A DNA stretch of 64,000 nucleotides from an uncultured Pelagibacteraceae bacterium. Lineage in GTDB: Bacteria; Pseudomonadota; Alphaproteobacteria; Pelagibacterales; Pelagibacteraceae. Under the pieces are notes generated by a model. It was given only the letters and a program-made list of their open reading frames with translations, had not been told where the DNA came from and ran no database searches. Shown one piece after another: positions 44,236-58,193 of the stretch. The DNA lies in the NCBI GenBank assembly GCA_902578255.1, contig CACHCH010000003.1:21091-85090 (forward strand). The letters are read 5' to 3'. A program made the position numbers and the translations under genes. Within the stretch, counting starts at the first letter, position 1. Each line of letters starts with the position of its first letter.

Positions 44236-46314
44236 TTACCCTGCGATTTTTTTAGTTACTTCGTCCTGAACATTTTGTGGGACTTTGGAATAATGATCAA
44301 AAAACATAGAATATTGGGCTCTACCTTGTGACATTGATCTTAAATTATTAATGTACCCAAACATATTTGCTAAAGGTACCATTGCTGTAATTACGGTTGC
44401 GTTCCCTCTTTGCTCTTGAGTGCTAATCTGGCCTCTTCTACTGTTTAGATCTCCTATAACATCACCCATATAGTCTTCTGGTGTTACTACTTCAACTCTC
44501 ATAACTGGTTCTAATAGCTTTAAACCACCTTTTGTGCACGCCTCTTTAAAACAAGCTCTACTAGCTAATTCAAAAGCTAAAACACTAGAGTCAACGTCGT
44601 GATGAAGTCCATCTAAAATAGTTACTTTGTAATCTATCATTGGGAAACCAGCTAATATTCCTCCATCTGATATAGTTTCAATTCCTTTTTCTACACCTGG
44701 TATGAATTCTTTAGGAATTGCTCCACCTTTGATTTTACTTTCAACTTCTCTACCTTTGCCAGCCTCTTGTGGCTCAACTAATAATTTAACTTTTGCGAAT
44801 TGTCCTGCTCCACCACTTTGTTTTTTGTGTGTATATTCAACCTCAGAGGCGACTTCAATTGTTTCTCTATATGCAACTTGAGGAGCACCAACATTAGCTT
44901 CAACTTTAAATTCTCTTTTCATTCTATCAACAATAATGTCTAAGTGTAACTCTCCCATACCTTTAATGATCGTTTGACCAGACTCTTCATCAGAAGTTAC
45001 TCTAAATGATGGGTCTTCTTTTGCTAATCTTCCTAAAGCTTCTCCCATTTTTTCTTGGTCGGCTTTTGTTTTTGGCTCTACTGCAATTTCGATAACTGGA
45101 TCAGGAAACTCCATTGGCTCTAGTAAAACAGAATTTTGCTCATCACATAAAGTATGACCAGTAATGGTATTTTTTAATCCAGCTAAAGCAACTATATCCC
45201 CAGCATTAGCTTCTTTAATATCTTCTCTTGAGTTAGCATGCATTAAAAGCATTCTTCCAACTCTTTCCTCTTTTTCTTTTGATGAGTTAAAAACAGCAGT
45301 TCCAGTTTTAACTGTTCCTGAATAAATTCTTATAAAAGTTAAAGAACCAACAAATGGATCGTTAGCAACTTTAAAAGCTAAAGCTGAAAATGGTACATTG
45401 TCATCAAATTTCATTTCTATCTCATCTTCAGAGCCTAATTTAGTTCCTTTAATAGAACCAATATCAACAGGACTTGGTAAGTAGTTTACAACAGCATCAA
45501 GTAAAGGCTGAACACCTTTATTTTTAAAGGCTGAACCAGTTAAAACTGGTACAAAACTAAAATTTAAAGTACCACTTCTTATACATTTAACTAAATCTTC
45601 TTCTTTGATTTCATCTCCATTTAAATAAGCTTCCATCAGCTTTTCATCTTGCTCCACAGCTGTTTCAACTAATTCTGTTCTATATTTTTCTGAAATTTCT
45701 TTTAGATCATCTGGGATATCTTTATATTCCCACTCTGCTCCCAAAGCCTCATTTTTCCATACTTGTGCTTTCATTTTTACTAGATCAACAACACCTGTTA
45801 AAGAAGCTTCTGCACCTATTGGAACTTGAAGAACTAAAGGTTTCGCACCTAATCTATCTTTAATCATATCTACACATCTAAAGAAATCTGCACCAGTTCT
45901 GTCTAATTTGTTAACAAAACAAATTCTAGGAACTTTGTATTTATCTGCTTGTCTCCATACTGTTTCTGATTGTGGCTCAACACCAGCTACACCATCGAAT
46001 ACTGCAACTGCTCCATCTAAAACTTTAAGTGATCTTTCAACTTCGATTGTAAAATCTACGTGACCTGGAGTATCGATTATATTAATTCTATGATCATTCC
46101 AAAAACAAGTAGTTGCTGCTGACGTAATAGTAATTCCTCTTTCTTGCTCTTGCTCCATCCAATCCATTGTTGCAGCGCCATCATGAACTTCTCCAATTTT
46201 ATGACTTTTACCTGTGTAATATAAAACTCTTTCAGTAGTAGTTGTTTTACCAGCATCTATATGGGCCATGATCCCAATATTTCTATATTTATCTAAAGTG
46301 TGAGTTCTAGCCAT
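44236..46314 (-). CDS. fusA: Elongation factor G
   Basis: [23 protein letters not shown]. Confidence 0.98.
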   Translation of the reverse strand: MARTHTLDKYRNIGIMAHIDAGKTTTTERVLYYTGKSHKIGEVHDGAATMDWMEQEQERGITITSAATTCFWNDHRINIIDTPGHVDFTIEVERSLKVLDGAVAVFDGVAGVEPQSETVWRQADKYKVPRICFVNKLDRTGADFFRCVDMIKDRLGAKPLVLQVPIGAEASLTGVVDLVKMKAQVWKNEALGAEWEYKDIPDDLKEISEKYRTELVETAVEQDEKLMEAYLNGDEIKEEDLVKCIRSGTLNFSFVPVLTGSAFKNKGVQPLLDAVVNYLPSPVDIGSIKGTKLGSEDEIEMKFDDNVPFSALAFKVANDPFVGSLTFIRIYSGTVKTGTAVFNSSKEKEERVGRMLLMHANSREDIKEANAGDIVALAGLKNTITGHTLCDEQNSVLLEPMEFPDPVIEIAVEPKTKADQEKMGEALGRLAKEDPSFRVTSDEESGQTIIKGMGELHLDIIVDRMKREFKVEANVGAPQVAYRETIEVASEVEYTHKKQSGGAGQFAKVKLLVEPQEAGKGREVESKIKGGAIPKEFIPGVEKGIETISDGGILAGFPMIDYKVTILDGLHHDVDSSVLAFELASRACFKEACTKGGLKLLEPVMRVEVVTPEDYMGDVIGDLNSRRGQISTQEQRGNATVITAMVPLANMFGYINNLRSMSQGRAQYSMFFDHYSKVPQNVQDEVTKKIAG

Positions 46315-46320
46315 AATATT

Positions 46321-46791
46321 TTACCACCTAAAATGTGCAAAAGCCTTATTGGACTCTGCCATTTTATGAACATCCTCTCTTTTTTTAACTGCAGCACCTT
46401 TTTTTTCATATGCATCAAAAAGCTCATTAAAAATTTTATCTGACATATGTTTATCTTTTCTTTTTCTAGCTGAATCTACTAACCATCTAATTGCTAAAGC
46501 TTGTGCTCTTTTGCTTTTCACCTCAACAGGTACTTGATAAGTTGCACCACCAACTCTTCTTGATCTAACCTCTACAGTCGGCTTGATGTTATTGATTGCT
46601 TCATTAAAAATATTAATTGGCTCGTCTTTACTTTTAGTTTTAATTTTATTAATTGCATCATAAACAATTTTTGCAGCAACACCTCTTTTGCCGTCGTACA
46701 TAATATTATTTATTAGTTTTGGAATTATTGTTGAGTTGAATTTTGGATCTGGAACAACATTTTTTTTAGGTTGGGTTTTTTTTCTAGACAT
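46321..46791 (-). CDS. rpsG: 30S ribosomal protein S7
   Basis: RRVGGATYQVP, AESNKAFAHFRW. Confidence 0.98.
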   Translation of the reverse strand: MSRKKTQPKKNVVPDPKFNSTIIPKLINNIMYDGKRGVAAKIVYDAINKIKTKSKDEPINIFNEAINNIKPTVEVRSRRVGGATYQVPVEVKSKRAQALAIRWLVDSARKRKDKHMSDKIFNELFDAYEKKGAAVKKREDVHKMAESNKAFAHFRW

Positions 46792-47162
46792 TACTTACCT
46801 TTTTTTGTTCCATACAAAGATCTTCTTTGTTTTCTATTAGCAACGCCTTGAGTATCAAGATTACCTCTAAGAATATGATACCTAACACCTGGTAAATCTT
46901 TTACCCTTCCACCTCTAATTAGAACTACAGAGTGTTCTTGTAGGTTGTGACCTTCACCTGGAATATAAGCTGTAACTTCAAAACCATTTGATAGCCTTAC
47001 TCTTGCAACTTTTCTTAAAGCTGAATTAGGCTTCTTTGGAGTAGTCGTATAAACTTTAACACAAACACCTCTCTTTAAAGGTTGCTTCTGTAAAGCAGGA
47101 ACTTTGTTCCTCGATACTTGTTTCACTCTTTTTTTTCTTAACAATTGGTTAATTGTTGGCAT
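46791..47162 (-). CDS. rpsL: 30S ribosomal protein S12
   Basis: [24 protein letters not shown]. Confidence 0.98.
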   Translation of the reverse strand: MPTINQLLRKKRVKQVSRNKVPALQKQPLKRGVCVKVYTTTPKKPNSALRKVARVRLSNGFEVTAYIPGEGHNLQEHSVVLIRGGRVKDLPGVRYHILRGNLDTQGVANRKQRRSLYGTKKGK

Positions 47163-47300
47163 AAACTTTTAAAAATTAATTAATTTATTTTTAGATGAAA
47201 ATAACTGACAGGTTATTTTGTGGCAGCGTTTAGTACTGTTAGAAGTACTACATTCCAACCAAAAACATCGCCAAATTACTTATTAATTGGCCATTGTCAA
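47163..47300 (-). promoter_or_regulatory. rpsL promoter and structured 5' leader
   Basis: TTGACA at 47300-47295. Hairpins TAGTACT/AGTACTA (47231-47250) and AAAATAAC/GTTATTTT (47198-47219). Confidence 0.6.
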
Positions 47301-47329
47301 ACTAAAAGTTCAAGTGTTAGGCGATTTTT

Positions 47330-50300
47330 TTACTGATTTGCCTGTGTTTCAGAAGGTTCTGAGCTCTCAATTTTTTCTTGTTCTGATAAGAACTCATTAT
47401 CATCCTTAAGAGCTTTTTTGTTCCAATTATTTTTAATATTTCCAGTTCCAGCAGGTACCAATCTACCAACGATAACGTTCTCTTTAAGACCATTTAATGG
47501 ATCAACTTTACCTTTAATAGCTGCATCAGTTAATACTCTTGTAGTTTCTTGGAATGATGCTGCAGAAATAAATGACTCAGTTTGCAATGATGCTTTGGTG
47601 ATACCCATTAATACTCTTTCACCTACAGCTGGATTCTTACCATCTGCAACTAATTTATCATTTGTATTTTCAAATTTAATTCTGTCTACAATTTCACCTG
47701 GTAAATATGATGAATCTCCAGACACTTTAACCTCAACTTTTTTCAACATTTGTCTTAAAATAGTTTCAATGTGTTTATCGTTGATAATCACACCTTGTAA
47801 TCTATAGACTTCTTGAACTTGATTGACAAAATATTCAGTTAATTCTTTTATTCCTAATATTCTTAGTATGTCATGAGGTAGTGGCTGACCATCAAGGAGA
47901 TATTCACCTTTTCGAATTTTTTCACCAGGATTAAAATTAATATGTTTTCCTTTTGGAATTAAGTAGTTAGAAGGTTCTGCTCCATCTGCTGGTACTATTG
48001 AAACTCTTTGCTTACCTCTAACTTCTTTTCCAAAAACTACTTGACCATCATTTTCGGCAATAATTGCACTGTCTTTAGCTTTTCTTGCTTCAAATAGTTC
48101 TGCAACTCTTGGGAGACCGCCAGTGATATCTTTTGTTTTAGTAGTCTCTTTAGGTAATCTTGCAATGACATCTCCTGCAAAAACTTTTTGTCCATCTTTT
48201 ATAGATAAAATTGAATCTGGAACTAAATAGTATCTTGCTTCATTATCATCTGCTTTTTTAATTACATTTCCTTTTTCATCTCTTAAAGTAATTCTTGGTT
48301 TTAAATCAGTACTTTTTGATTGACCTCTCCAGTCAATTACAGATTTAGAAGAAATACCTGTTGCATCGTCAGTAGTTTCTTGAATAGAAACACCATCGAT
48401 CAAATCAACAAAACTAGCTTCACCACTTTTTTCAGCTATAACTGGTGTTGTGTATGGATCCCATTCACATATTTTTGTATTCGCTTTAACTTTATCACCA
48501 TTATTAAAAAATAATCTTGAGCCATAAGCAACTTTATAAACTGCTATTTGGACTCCGTTATCATCCTCAATAGAAAGCTGCGTATTTCTTCCCATTACAA
48601 TTAGATTTTTCTTAGAGTCTTCAAGAATATTTGAATTTAAAATTTTTAATGTTCCTTCATTCTTAGTTACAATTTGAGAATCTTGTTTAACTGATGCTGT
48701 ACCACCAACATGGAAAGTTCTCATTGTTAACTGAGTTCCTGGTTCACCAATAGATTGAGCAGAAATCATACCAATTGCCTCGCCAACATGCACCATTTTG
48801 CCTCTGGATAGATCTCTTCCGTAAGAAGTTGCACAGACACCCTCTTTAGATCCACAAGTCATTACAGAATAAACTCTAATTGCTTTTACTCCTGCTGCAT
48901 CGATTTTATCGCAGCCTGCCTCATCAATCATTTCTTCTTTTTTAATAATTACTTCACCTGTTAAAGGATGCTTGACTTCATCGAAAGTAACTCTTCCCAA
49001 AGCTCTTTCTGATAAACTAACTACAACGTTTCCACCTTCTAAAATTTCAGATAATTCAATGAAACCTGGTTTTTTACAGTCACAAACTTTTTTAGTCACA
49101 GTTAAATCCTGTGCAACATCACAAAGTCTTCTCGTTAAATAACCAGAACTCGCAGTTTTAAGAGCGGTGTCAGCAAGACCTTTTCTTGCTCCGTGAGTTG
49201 AATTAAAATATTCTAAAGCTGTTAAACCTTCTTTAAAGTTAGAAGTAATCGGACTTTCAATAATTTCTCCAGATGGTTTAGCAATTAGACCACGCATTCC
49301 AGCTAATTGCTTCATTTGGGCAGCAGAACCTCTTGCACCACTATCAGCCATCATAAATACTGAATTGATTTTTAGTCCCTCTGATGTTTTCTCAGTAGCA
49401 GAAATACCTTTCATCATTTCACCAGCTACTTTATCTGTACACTTTGACCATGCATCAACAACTTTGTTGTATTTTTCACCTCTGGTGATTAAACCTTCTG
49501 CGTACTGTGTTTCATAGTCAGCTATTAATTTTTTAGTATCATCAATTAATTGAGTTTTGCTCTCTGGAATTACTAAATCATCTTTACCAAATGATATTCC
49601 AGCTTTAAATGCATGCTTAAATCCTAAATCTTTTAACTTATCACAAAATATAACTGTAGTTTTTTGACCACAAAATCTAAATACAATATCAATAATTTCT
49701 GAAACTACTTTCTTAGGTAACAATCTATCTATTAAAGAAAATTTAATATTACTATTTTTTGGTAATAAATTTGCTAGTAAAAATCTTCCAGCTGTTGAAG
49801 TATATTTTTCAAATTTTTTATTTCCTTTATCATCTACGGTTTCAAATCTAGATATAATTGTACTGTGTACTTTTATCTGACCAGAAGATAATGCAAATTC
49901 AATTTGATCAGAATCAACAAAATAACCAGCTGGCTTATCTGTGACTGGTTCCTGCGAAAGATAATAAATTCCTAAGATCATATCCTGACTTGGAACGATA
50001 ATAGGTTTACCATTTGAAGGTGAAAGAATGTTATTAGTTGATAACATTAAAATTCTTGCCTCTAATTGAGCTTCTAAACTCAAAGGTACGTGTACCGCCA
50101 TCTGGTCACCATCAAAATCAGCATTAAATGCTGCACATGTTAGAGGGTGAAGCTCAATTGCATCACCCTCAATTAATTTTGGTTCAAAAGCTTGAACACC
50201 AAGTCTATGAAGTGTTGGAGCTCTATTTAATAACACAGGATGTTCTCTTACAATTAACTCGAGCGCATCCCAAACTGCATTAGTTTCTTTTTCAACAAGT

Positions 50301-51508
50301 TTTTTTGCCTGTTTAATAGTTGAAGCTAAACCTAATTTGTTTAATCTTGCATATAAAAATGGTTTAAATAGTTCTAAAGCCATTTTTTTAGGTAAACCAC
50401 ATTCATGTAGTTTTAAATCTGGACCAACAACGATTACGGATCTACCAGAGTAATCTACACGTTTACCCAATAAGTTTTGTCTAAATCTACCTTGCTTACC
50501 TTTAAGCATTTCAGCAAGTGATTTGAGGGGTCTTTTTCCTGTGCCAGTAATAACTCTTCCTCTTCTTCCATTATCAAATAATGCATCAACCGACTCTTGA
50601 AGCATTCTTTTCTCATTACGGACAATAATGTCTGGAGCTTTAAGATCCATTAATCTTTTTAATCTATTATTTCTATTGATTACTCTTCTATAAAGATCAT
50701 TTAGATCAGAAGTTGCAAATCTCCCCCCATCTAATGGAACTAGTGGTCTCAATTCAGGTGGAATTACAGGAACAACTGTCATAATCATCCACTCTGGTTT
50801 TTGACCAGTTTCAATAAATGACTCTACAAGTTTTAATCTTTTAATAGCTCTTTCTTCGTTGACTTTTGATTTTGTTTCTTTAATAAAATTAATTAAATTT
50901 TTTCTCTCTTGTTCTAAATCTAAATTCTTAAGCATTTCAAGAACCGCCTCAGCACCAATTCCTGTAGTAAACGATTCTTCACCAAACTCATCTTGATATT
51001 TTGCTAATTCTTCTTCATTTAATAATTGATTTTTTTGAAGACCAGTTAAACCAGGTTCAATTACTATAAAATTCTCAAAATAAAGAACTCTTTCAATTTC
51101 TTTAAGTTTCATATCTACAGCAAGTGCAATTCTACTAGGTAGAGATTTTAAAAACCATATATGTGCTACAGGTGTAGCTAAATTGATATGGCCCATTCGT
51201 TCTCTTCTTACATTTGATTTTGTAACTTCAACTCCACATTTTTCACAAATAATCCCTCTAAATTTCATTCGTTTGTATTTTCCACACAAACATTCATAAT
51301 CTTTTATTGGTCCAAAAATTCTTGCACAAAACAAACCATCTTTTTCAGGTCTAAAAGTTCTATAGTTTATTGTTTCAGGTTTTTTAATTTCGCCGTAAGT
51401 CCAGGATTTAATTTTTTCAGGACTGGCAAGAGAAATTTTTATACTATTGAAATTTTGAGCCTCAGATATCTCTGTATTTTTAAATAGATCTGTTAACTCT
51501 TTTTTCAT
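47330..51508 (-). CDS. rpoC: RNA polymerase beta' subunit
   Basis: NADFDGD catalytic motif, N-terminal Zn cysteines. Confidence 0.99.
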   Translation of the reverse strand: MKKELTDLFKNTEISEAQNFNSIKISLASPEKIKSWTYGEIKKPETINYRTFRPEKDGLFCARIFGPIKDYECLCGKYKRMKFRGIICEKCGVEVTKSNVRRERMGHINLATPVAHIWFLKSLPSRIALAVDMKLKEIERVLYFENFIVIEPGLTGLQKNQLLNEEELAKYQDEFGEESFTTGIGAEAVLEMLKNLDLEQERKNLINFIKETKSKVNEERAIKRLKLVESFIETGQKPEWMIMTVVPVIPPELRPLVPLDGGRFATSDLNDLYRRVINRNNRLKRLMDLKAPDIIVRNEKRMLQESVDALFDNGRRGRVITGTGKRPLKSLAEMLKGKQGRFRQNLLGKRVDYSGRSVIVVGPDLKLHECGLPKKMALELFKPFLYARLNKLGLASTIKQAKKLVEKETNAVWDALELIVREHPVLLNRAPTLHRLGVQAFEPKLIEGDAIELHPLTCAAFNADFDGDQMAVHVPLSLEAQLEARILMLSTNNILSPSNGKPIIVPSQDMILGIYYLSQEPVTDKPAGYFVDSDQIEFALSSGQIKVHSTIISRFETVDDKGNKKFEKYTSTAGRFLLANLLPKNSNIKFSLIDRLLPKKVVSEIIDIVFRFCGQKTTVIFCDKLKDLGFKHAFKAGISFGKDDLVIPESKTQLIDDTKKLIADYETQYAEGLITRGEKYNKVVDAWSKCTDKVAGEMMKGISATEKTSEGLKINSVFMMADSGARGSAAQMKQLAGMRGLIAKPSGEIIESPITSNFKEGLTALEYFNSTHGARKGLADTALKTASSGYLTRRLCDVAQDLTVTKKVCDCKKPGFIELSEILEGGNVVVSLSERALGRVTFDEVKHPLTGEVIIKKEEMIDEAGCDKIDAAGVKAIRVYSVMTCGSKEGVCATSYGRDLSRGKMVHVGEAIGMISAQSIGEPGTQLTMRTFHVGGTASVKQDSQIVTKNEGTLKILNSNILEDSKKNLIVMGRNTQLSIEDDNGVQIAVYKVAYGSRLFFNNGDKVKANTKICEWDPYTTPVIAEKSGEASFVDLIDGVSIQETTDDATGISSKSVIDWRGQSKSTDLKPRITLRDEKGNVIKKADDNEARYYLVPDSILSIKDGQKVFAGDVIARLPKETTKTKDITGGLPRVAELFEARKAKDSAIIAENDGQVVFGKEVRGKQRVSIVPADGAEPSNYLIPKGKHINFNPGEKIRKGEYLLDGQPLPHDILRILGIKELTEYFVNQVQEVYRLQGVIINDKHIETILRQMLKKVEVKVSGDSSYLPGEIVDRIKFENTNDKLVADGKNPAVGERVLMGITKASLQTESFISAASFQETTRVLTDAAIKGKVDPLNGLKENVIVGRLVPAGTGNIKNNWNKKALKDDNEFLSEQEKIESSEPSETQANQ

Positions 51509-54500
51509 TTAATTTAGCTCCACATTTAATGCTAATGATTTAATTTCTTTAACTAATACGTTAAATGACTCAGGTATACCTGACTCAAAGTTTTCTTCAC
51601 CTTTAACAATAGTCTCATAAACTTTAACCCTGCCAGCGACATCATCAGATTTTACGGTTAAAATTTCTTGAAGGGTGTAAGAAGCACCATAAGCTTCAAG
51701 GGCCCAAACTTCCATTTCACCAAATCTTTGACCACCAAGTTGAGCTTTGCCTCCGAGCGGTTGTTGAGTAACCAAGCTGTATGGTCCTGTTGATCTTGCG
51801 TGAATTTTATCTTCAACTAAATGATGAAGTTTTAACATATAAATAATTCCAACTGTTACTGGTCTGTCAAATTGTTCTCCTGTTCTTCCATCCCACAAAT
51901 AAGTTTGTCCAGAACCTGGTAATTTTGCTAATTCAAGCATTTCGGTGACATTTTTTTCTTTTGCTCCATCAAATACTGGTGTTGAAATTGCTATTCCATT
52001 TTGTAAATTTTCACACAAATCCTTAAACTCATTTTTACTTAATTTATCAACTTTATCGTTAAAAATTTCTTCTCCATACACAGATTTTAAAAAACTTGCA
52101 ATTTTTTCAGTTTTTTCAATTTTTTTACTATTTTCATTAATTAATTTTTTAACTTCCTCACCAAACTCTTTACAAGCCCAACCTAAATGAGTTTCTAAAA
52201 TCTGACCTACATTCATCCTACTAGGAACACCAAGAGGATTTAGCACTATATCAACTGGTCGTCCATCTTCACGGTAAGGCATATCCTCAACTGGAACAAT
52301 TTTACTAACCACGCCCTTGTTTCCGTGCCTTCCAGACATTTTATCACCTGGTCTTAATCTTCTTTTAATAGCAACAAAAACTTTTACCATTTTCATTACG
52401 CTTGGAAGTAAGTCATCTCCACTTCTGATTTTAAGAACTTTGTCTTCAAATCTTTCGGTAATATCTTGTTTTGCTTTATTGTATTGGTCTTTTAATTGTA
52501 AAAGAGTTGTTTCATTTGCTGCATTTCCATTTGATATTTTAAATACATCATTAATTGAAAGATTGCTTATAGCATCAAAATCAAGTTTCGTACCTTCAGC
52601 TAAATCCTTTATTTTTTTAGCTAATGATGTTCCAGATAAAATCTGTGCTGCTCTTTGTTTAATGCTTCTCTCTAAAATTTCTTCTTCAACTATTTTATCT
52701 TGCTGAACTTCCTCAATTTCAGCTCTTTCAATAGTTATTGATCTTTCATCTTTTTCAATGCCGTGTCTATTAAATACTCTTACATCTACAATTGTTCCAC
52801 TACTTCCTCTAGACATTCTTAAAGAAGTATCAGTAACATCAATAGCTTTTTCACCAAAAATTGATCTTAATAATTTTTCTTCAGGTCCTGATGCAGAATC
52901 TCCTTTTGGGGTAACCTTTCCAACTAAAATATCACCAGCGTTTACTTCTGCACCAATGTAAACTACACCTGATTCGTCAAGGTTTTTTAGTGCTTCTTCG
53001 TTAACGTTTGGAATATCTCTTGTAATTTCTTCTTCACCAAGTTTAGTATCTCTTGCCATAATTTCATATTCTTCTATATGGACAGAAGTAAATACGTCGT
53101 CTGTTACACATCTTTCTGAAATTAATATTGAGTCTTCAAAGTTATAACCTTGCCAAGGCATAAAAGCTACTGTCACATTTTTCCCTAGTGCTAATTCACC
53201 TAATTTTGTTGAAGGTCCATCTGCAATTATATCTCCAGATTTTACTTTGTCTCCTACTCTAACCAATGGTCTTTGATTAATACAGGTATTTTGATTTGAT
53301 CTTTTAAATTTTTGTAAATTATAAATATCAACTCCTGACTCACTAAATTCAGTTTCCTCTGTCACTTTAATAACAATTCTTTTTCCATCAATTTTATCAA
53401 CAATACCATCTCTTTTTGCAACAATTGTTACACCTGAGTCTAGTGCAACATCACTTTCTATACCTGTTCCAACAAGTGGTGACTCTGGTTTTAATAATGG
53501 AACCGCCTGTCTCATCATGTTTGAACCCATCAGAGCTCTGTTAGCATCATCATTTTCTAAAAAAGGAATTAAAGATGCCGCAACTGAAACTAGTTGTTTG
53601 GGTGAAACATCAATATAATCAATTGTATCTGGCTTAGATAAAAGAAAGTTTAAATTTTGCCTACATGAAACTAGGTCCTCAATAATTTTTCCGTTCTTAT
53701 CAAGTTTGGTATTTGCTTGCGCTATAGTGTATTTAGTTTCTTCCATAGCAGAAAGATATTCCACTTTATCTTGCACAATCCCATTTTTTACTTTTTTATA
53801 TGGACTTTCAATAAAGCCGTACTTATTAATCTTTGCATAAGTAGATAAACTGTTAATTAGACCAATGTTTGGTCCCTCTGGAGTTTCAATTGGACAAATC
53901 CTTCCATAATGAGTCGGATGCACATCACGAACCTCAAATCCTGCTCTTTCTCTAGTAAGACCACCAGGTCCTAATGCTGACACTCTTCTTTTGTGTGTGA
54001 TTTCAGAAAGTGGATTTGTTTGATCCATAAATTGTGAAAGTTGAGAACTTGCAAAAAAATCTTTTAAAGAAACTGTTAAAGGTTTTGCGTTAATTAAATC
54101 TTGAGGCATCGCAGACTCTACATCTAAAGTAGTCATCTTTTCTTTAATTGCTCTTTCCATTCTATAAACGCCAATACGAGCTTGGTTTTCAACTAATTCA
54201 CCTACAGAACGAACTCTTCTATTTCCCAGGTGATCAATATCATCAACCTCATCTTTACCATCTCTTAAATCTAACATCTTATGAACAATTGCTACAATAT
54301 CGTCGTTTCTTAATATTGTAATTTTATCTGAACATTCTTGATTTAATCTTGAATTCATTTTCACTCTTCCCACATCAGACAAATCATATCTATCTGAACT
54401 AAAGAATAAATTGTTAAATATCTGATTAGCAATTTCTATTGTTGGTGGCTCTCCAGGTCTTAACATTTTATAAATTTCAGTTATTGCCTCATCTTTTGAA

Positions 54501-55597
54501 TTATTTTTGTCATTTAAAATTGTAGTAAGCAAATAAGGACCTTTATTTATGGAATTTGTTACTGAAATCTGGAGGGAGTGGATATCGGCATCTAAAATTT
54601 GTTGAATAACGGTATCATTTAATTCTGTCCCAATTTTGAAAGTTCCCTCTTCCTCATCATTTGCTTTAATATCTCTATGTAAAATTTTACCGAATAAAGA
54701 CTCTCTTGAAACTAAAATATCTTTAAGCCCATCATTTGCTAATTTTTTAGCATTTAAAAAATTTATTTTATCACCTAATTTTATTACAACTTCACCAGTT
54801 TTTGCATCTATAACTTCTTCTGAAAAATTTTTAGCTTTATAATTTTCAGGGTTAAATTTTGTTTTCCATTTTTCTGTTTTTTGATCAAAAGTGTACTCTT
54901 CATTTTCATAAAATTCGTCTGCTATTTCAGCTTTAGTATATCCAAGTGCTAAAAGTAAAGTTGATGCAAAAATTTTCTTTTTTCTATCTATTTTAAAATA
55001 TAAAAAATCTTTTACATCATATTCAAAATCTAACCAAGATCCTCTATTTGGTATTACTCGACAATTAAATAAAAGTTTACCACTTGCATGAGTTTTACCT
55101 TTGTCATGATCAAAGAAAACACCAGGGCTTCTATGCATCTGATTAACTACTACACGTTGAACACCGTTGGTAATAAATGTTCCGCTATTTGTCATCATTG
55201 GAACTTCACCCATGTAAACTTCCTGTTCTTTAGCAGACAAAATATCTTTTGTATTATTATCCTGATCTATTTCATAAACAACCAATCTTAATGTACACTT
55301 CAAGGCTGATGAGTAAGTGAGTCCCCTTGTAATACATTCATCAACATCAAATTTTGGTTTCTCTAATCTATATGAAACATATTCTAATGTTGCTTTGTCA
55401 TTTAAATCTTCAATAGGGAATATGCTTTTAAAAACTCTATCGAACCCTTTTGTTAAATCTGCTGCCTCAATATCAAATTCGGTTAATTCTTTATATGAGT
55501 TTTTTTGGACTTCTATTAAATTTGGTATTGATAAACTTTCTTTTAGTTTTCCAAAACTTTTTCTTATATTTTTCTTTTCAGTAAAAGATAATTGCAT
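51509..55597 (-). CDS. rpoB: RNA polymerase beta subunit
   Basis: [30 protein letters not shown]. Confidence 0.99.
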   Translation of the reverse strand: MQLSFTEKKNIRKSFGKLKESLSIPNLIEVQKNSYKELTEFDIEAADLTKGFDRVFKSIFPIEDLNDKATLEYVSYRLEKPKFDVDECITRGLTYSSALKCTLRLVVYEIDQDNNTKDILSAKEQEVYMGEVPMMTNSGTFITNGVQRVVVNQMHRSPGVFFDHDKGKTHASGKLLFNCRVIPNRGSWLDFEYDVKDFLYFKIDRKKKIFASTLLLALGYTKAEIADEFYENEEYTFDQKTEKWKTKFNPENYKAKNFSEEVIDAKTGEVVIKLGDKINFLNAKKLANDGLKDILVSRESLFGKILHRDIKANDEEEGTFKIGTELNDTVIQQILDADIHSLQISVTNSINKGPYLLTTILNDKNNSKDEAITEIYKMLRPGEPPTIEIANQIFNNLFFSSDRYDLSDVGRVKMNSRLNQECSDKITILRNDDIVAIVHKMLDLRDGKDEVDDIDHLGNRRVRSVGELVENQARIGVYRMERAIKEKMTTLDVESAMPQDLINAKPLTVSLKDFFASSQLSQFMDQTNPLSEITHKRRVSALGPGGLTRERAGFEVRDVHPTHYGRICPIETPEGPNIGLINSLSTYAKINKYGFIESPYKKVKNGIVQDKVEYLSAMEETKYTIAQANTKLDKNGKIIEDLVSCRQNLNFLLSKPDTIDYIDVSPKQLVSVAASLIPFLENDDANRALMGSNMMRQAVPLLKPESPLVGTGIESDVALDSGVTIVAKRDGIVDKIDGKRIVIKVTEETEFSESGVDIYNLQKFKRSNQNTCINQRPLVRVGDKVKSGDIIADGPSTKLGELALGKNVTVAFMPWQGYNFEDSILISERCVTDDVFTSVHIEEYEIMARDTKLGEEEITRDIPNVNEEALKNLDESGVVYIGAEVNAGDILVGKVTPKGDSASGPEEKLLRSIFGEKAIDVTDTSLRMSRGSSGTIVDVRVFNRHGIEKDERSITIERAEIEEVQQDKIVEEEILERSIKQRAAQILSGTSLAKKIKDLAEGTKLDFDAISNLSINDVFKISNGNAANETTLLQLKDQYNKAKQDITERFEDKVLKIRSGDDLLPSVMKMVKVFVAIKRRLRPGDKMSGRHGNKGVVSKIVPVEDMPYREDGRPVDIVLNPLGVPSRMNVGQILETHLGWACKEFGEEVKKLINENSKKIEKTEKIASFLKSVYGEEIFNDKVDKLSKNEFKDLCENLQNGIAISTPVFDGAKEKNVTEMLELAKLPGSGQTYLWDGRTGEQFDRPVTVGIIYMLKLHHLVEDKIHARSTGPYSLVTQQPLGGKAQLGGQRFGEMEVWALEAYGASYTLQEILTVKSDDVAGRVKVYETIVKGEENFESGIPESFNVLVKEIKSLALNVELN

Positions 55598-55607
55598 CTA
55601 TGTTTAT

Positions 55608-55635
55608 AAATACTGATTAAAAATAATCAGTATTT
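55608..55635 (-). terminator. rplL-rpoB intergenic hairpin (attenuator or processing site candidate)
   Basis: Perfect 12-bp inverted repeat AAATACTGATTA-AAAA-TAATCAGTATTT. Confidence 0.5.
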
Positions 55636-55653
55636 GAATTCTTTCTTATTAAA

Positions 55654-56019
55654 TTATTTAAGTTCTACTTTAGCGCCTGCAGCTTCTAATTTAGCTTTGA
55701 TCTCTTCAGCATCTTTTTTGTTAACACCAGATTTTACTTCTTTTGGTGCTCCTTCTACTAGATCCTTAGCTTCTTTTAATCCTAATGAAGTAGCTGCTCT
55801 TACTTCTTTAATGACATTAATTTTTTTATCACCTGCAGAGACTAGCATGATAGTAAAATCATCTTTTTCTTCTGCTGCTGCGGCACCACCTGCTGCTACT
55901 GGAGCTGCGGCGGCCATTGGAGTTACACCCCATTTTTCTTCTAATTGTTTCGAAAGTTCTGCTGCTTCAGCAACTGTTAAACTTGAAAGATCTTCAATAA
56001 TTTTGTTAAGGTCAGGCAT
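55654..56019 (-). CDS. rplL: 50S ribosomal protein L7/L12
   Basis: [22 protein letters not shown]. Confidence 0.98.
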   Translation of the reverse strand: MPDLNKIIEDLSSLTVAEAAELSKQLEEKWGVTPMAAAAPVAAGGAAAAEEKDDFTIMLVSAGDKKINVIKEVRAATSLGLKEAKDLVEGAPKEVKSGVNKKDAEEIKAKLEAAGAKVELK

Positions 56020-56024
56020 ATCAA

Positions 56025-56546
56025 TTACTCTTTGGGTTGTGTTTCTGAATTTTCTGCGGTCAAACTACTCATTTTTTCCGAATGTGCAAGTAAAATGCTA
56101 ATTAATTTAGATGCAGGTGCGTTTAAAATACCCACAATATTAGTTCTAGCTTCGTCTAGAGTTGGTAAACTTGCTACATTTTGGACACCAGCCTGATCTA
56201 AGACCTCATTATCCATTATACCGCCAATTAATTTTAAATTTTCGTTATCTTTTGCAAATTTTGAGAGAATCCTTGCTGACATAATTGCATCTTCCCCAAA
56301 AGCAACAGCAGTCGGGCCGGTAAACAAATTGGTCAAATCCTTACATTTAGTCTTTTCTAGGGCGAGTTTAGTAATTCTATTTTTTGTTATTTTAAAAACA
56401 ATTCCATGCTCTCTCATTTTTGCTCTTAAATCATCTAATTGACTCATAGTTAAACCTTGATAATGAGTAACCATAATAGCTCTACTATTCTCGAATTTTG
56501 AAGTCATTTCTTCAATATAATTTTTCTTTTGATCTTTATTCATCAT
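56025..56546 (-). CDS. rplJ: 50S ribosomal protein L10
   Basis: [26 protein letters not shown]. Confidence 0.96.
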   Translation of the reverse strand: MMNKDQKKNYIEEMTSKFENSRAIMVTHYQGLTMSQLDDLRAKMREHGIVFKITKNRITKLALEKTKCKDLTNLFTGPTAVAFGEDAIMSARILSKFAKDNENLKLIGGIMDNEVLDQAGVQNVASLPTLDEARTNIVGILNAPASKLISILLAHSEKMSSLTAENSETQPKE

Positions 56547-56548
56547 AA

Positions 56549-57238
56549 CTATATCGACTTACCTAATTTAACTTTATAAGAAACACCCATTGTTGATGTT
56601 GCAAAAACATTTTTTATTAAATCACCTTTTAAAGTATTATTTGATTTTTCTTTTTCTAAGGTTTCTAAGATAGCATTGAAATTTTTGATTAATTTGTCAT
56701 CACTGAAAGATTTTTTACCGATACTTACACCAATGTTACCATCTTTATCATTTCTTATTTCAACTTGACCTGATTTTGCATTTGTTACTGCCTCTTTAAT
56801 ATTATCAGACACTGAACCAAGTTTTGGATTTGGCATTAAACCTTTTGGTCCTAAAACTTTTCCTAATTTTGAAAGCTTTACCATCATTGCAGGTGTGCAT
56901 ATTAATTTTTCAAAATTTAATTCACCACCTTTAATTTTCTCAACAAATTCATCACCACCAACAATATCTGCTCCAGCATCTTTAGCTTCTTGAGCTTTAT
57001 TGTCCTCACAAACAACAGCAACTTTTACTTTTTTACCTGTACCTCCTGGTAAGTTAACTACTGTCCTAATATTAACTTCACTTTTTTTTTGTTTGTTGTT
57101 TATTTGAAAACTTAAATCTAAAGACTCATCAAATTTGGTAGTACAATTTTTTTTTAGTTCAGAGATTAATTTTTCAAAAGACTCAGCGCTGAGATCCTTT
57201 GTTTTTTCTGGTAACTTTTTAAATCTTTTTGAAGACAT
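56549..57238 (-). CDS. rplA: 50S ribosomal protein L1
   Basis: KFDES, LPGGTGK, LGPKGLMPNPK, STMG. Confidence 0.97.
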   Translation of the reverse strand: MSSKRFKKLPEKTKDLSAESFEKLISELKKNCTTKFDESLDLSFQINNKQKKSEVNIRTVVNLPGGTGKKVKVAVVCEDNKAQEAKDAGADIVGGDEFVEKIKGGELNFEKLICTPAMMVKLSKLGKVLGPKGLMPNPKLGSVSDNIKEAVTNAKSGQVEIRNDKDGNIGVSIGKKSFSDDKLIKNFNAILETLEKEKSNNTLKGDLIKNVFATSTMGVSYKVKLGKSI

Positions 57239-57663
57239 TATTCTTTTACCTCTATACCCATTGATCTTGCTGATCCTGCTATAATTTTTACTGCTTCATT
57301 AATATCATGAGCGTTAAGATCATTCATTTTTTCTTTAGCAATATTCTCTAATTGTTTTTTAGAAATTGAAGCTACAATATTTCTTCCTGGTTCTTTTGAT
57401 CCACCTTTAAGTTTAACTGCTTCTTTAATATAATAAGACGCAGGAGGTGTTTTGATCTTAAAATCAAATTTTTTGTCTTTATACACTGTGATTTCAACTG
57501 GAACAGGTTTACCTGCCATTGATTTTGTTTTGTCATTGAATGCTTTACAAAATTCCATGATGTTAACTCCTCGTTGACCTAAAGCAGGTCCTACTGGGGG
57601 AGCTGGATTGGCTTGACCACCTTTGATTTGTAATTTTATAAATCCACTAATTTCTTTTGCCAT
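57238..57663 (-). CDS. rplK: 50S ribosomal protein L11
   Basis: [23 protein letters not shown]. Confidence 0.98.
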   Translation of the reverse strand: MAKEISGFIKLQIKGGQANPAPPVGPALGQRGVNIMEFCKAFNDKTKSMAGKPVPVEITVYKDKKFDFKIKTPPASYYIKEAVKLKGGSKEPGRNIVASISKKQLENIAKEKMNDLNAHDINEAVKIIAGSARSMGIEVKE

Positions 57664-58193
57664 TAACTTGCTTTCTCAACTTGGTTATATTCTAAATCTA
57701 CTGGTGTTGGACGTCCAAATATAGAAACTGACACCTTAAGTCTAGACTTTTCTTCATCTATTTCTTCAATCATTCCACTGAATGATGCAAAAGGGCCATC
57801 AACTACCTGAACTTTTTCACCAACGCTGTACTCTATACCAGATTTTGGCTGAGCCACACCATCTTTTATTTGACCCAAAATCTTTTCTACTTCTTTATCT
57901 GAAACAGGAACTGGAATGCCCTTAGTTCCAAGAAAACCACTGACTCTTTTAATGTTCTTTATCATGTGATAAATATTGTTATCCATCTCACTCTTAATTA
58001 ATACATATCCTGGGAAGTATTTCTTTTTTCTTTGAATTCTTTTACCTCTCTTTACTTCAGTGACATCATGGGTTGGAACAACTATTTCCTCAAATTTTTC
58101 ACTAATTTTTGCTTTATCTGCTTCTTCTTTAATTAGTGAAGCAACTTTATTTTCAAAGCTAGAATGCGATTGAACAATGTACCAATTTTTCAT
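57663..58193 (-). CDS. nusG: Transcription termination/antitermination factor
   Basis: [24 protein letters not shown]. Confidence 0.98.
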   Translation of the reverse strand: MKNWYIVQSHSSFENKVASLIKEEADKAKISEKFEEIVVPTHDVTEVKRGKRIQRKKKYFPGYVLIKSEMDNNIYHMIKNIKRVSGFLGTKGIPVPVSDKEVEKILGQIKDGVAQPKSGIEYSVGEKVQVVDGPFASFSGMIEEIDEEKSRLKVSVSIFGRPTPVDLEYNQVEKAS

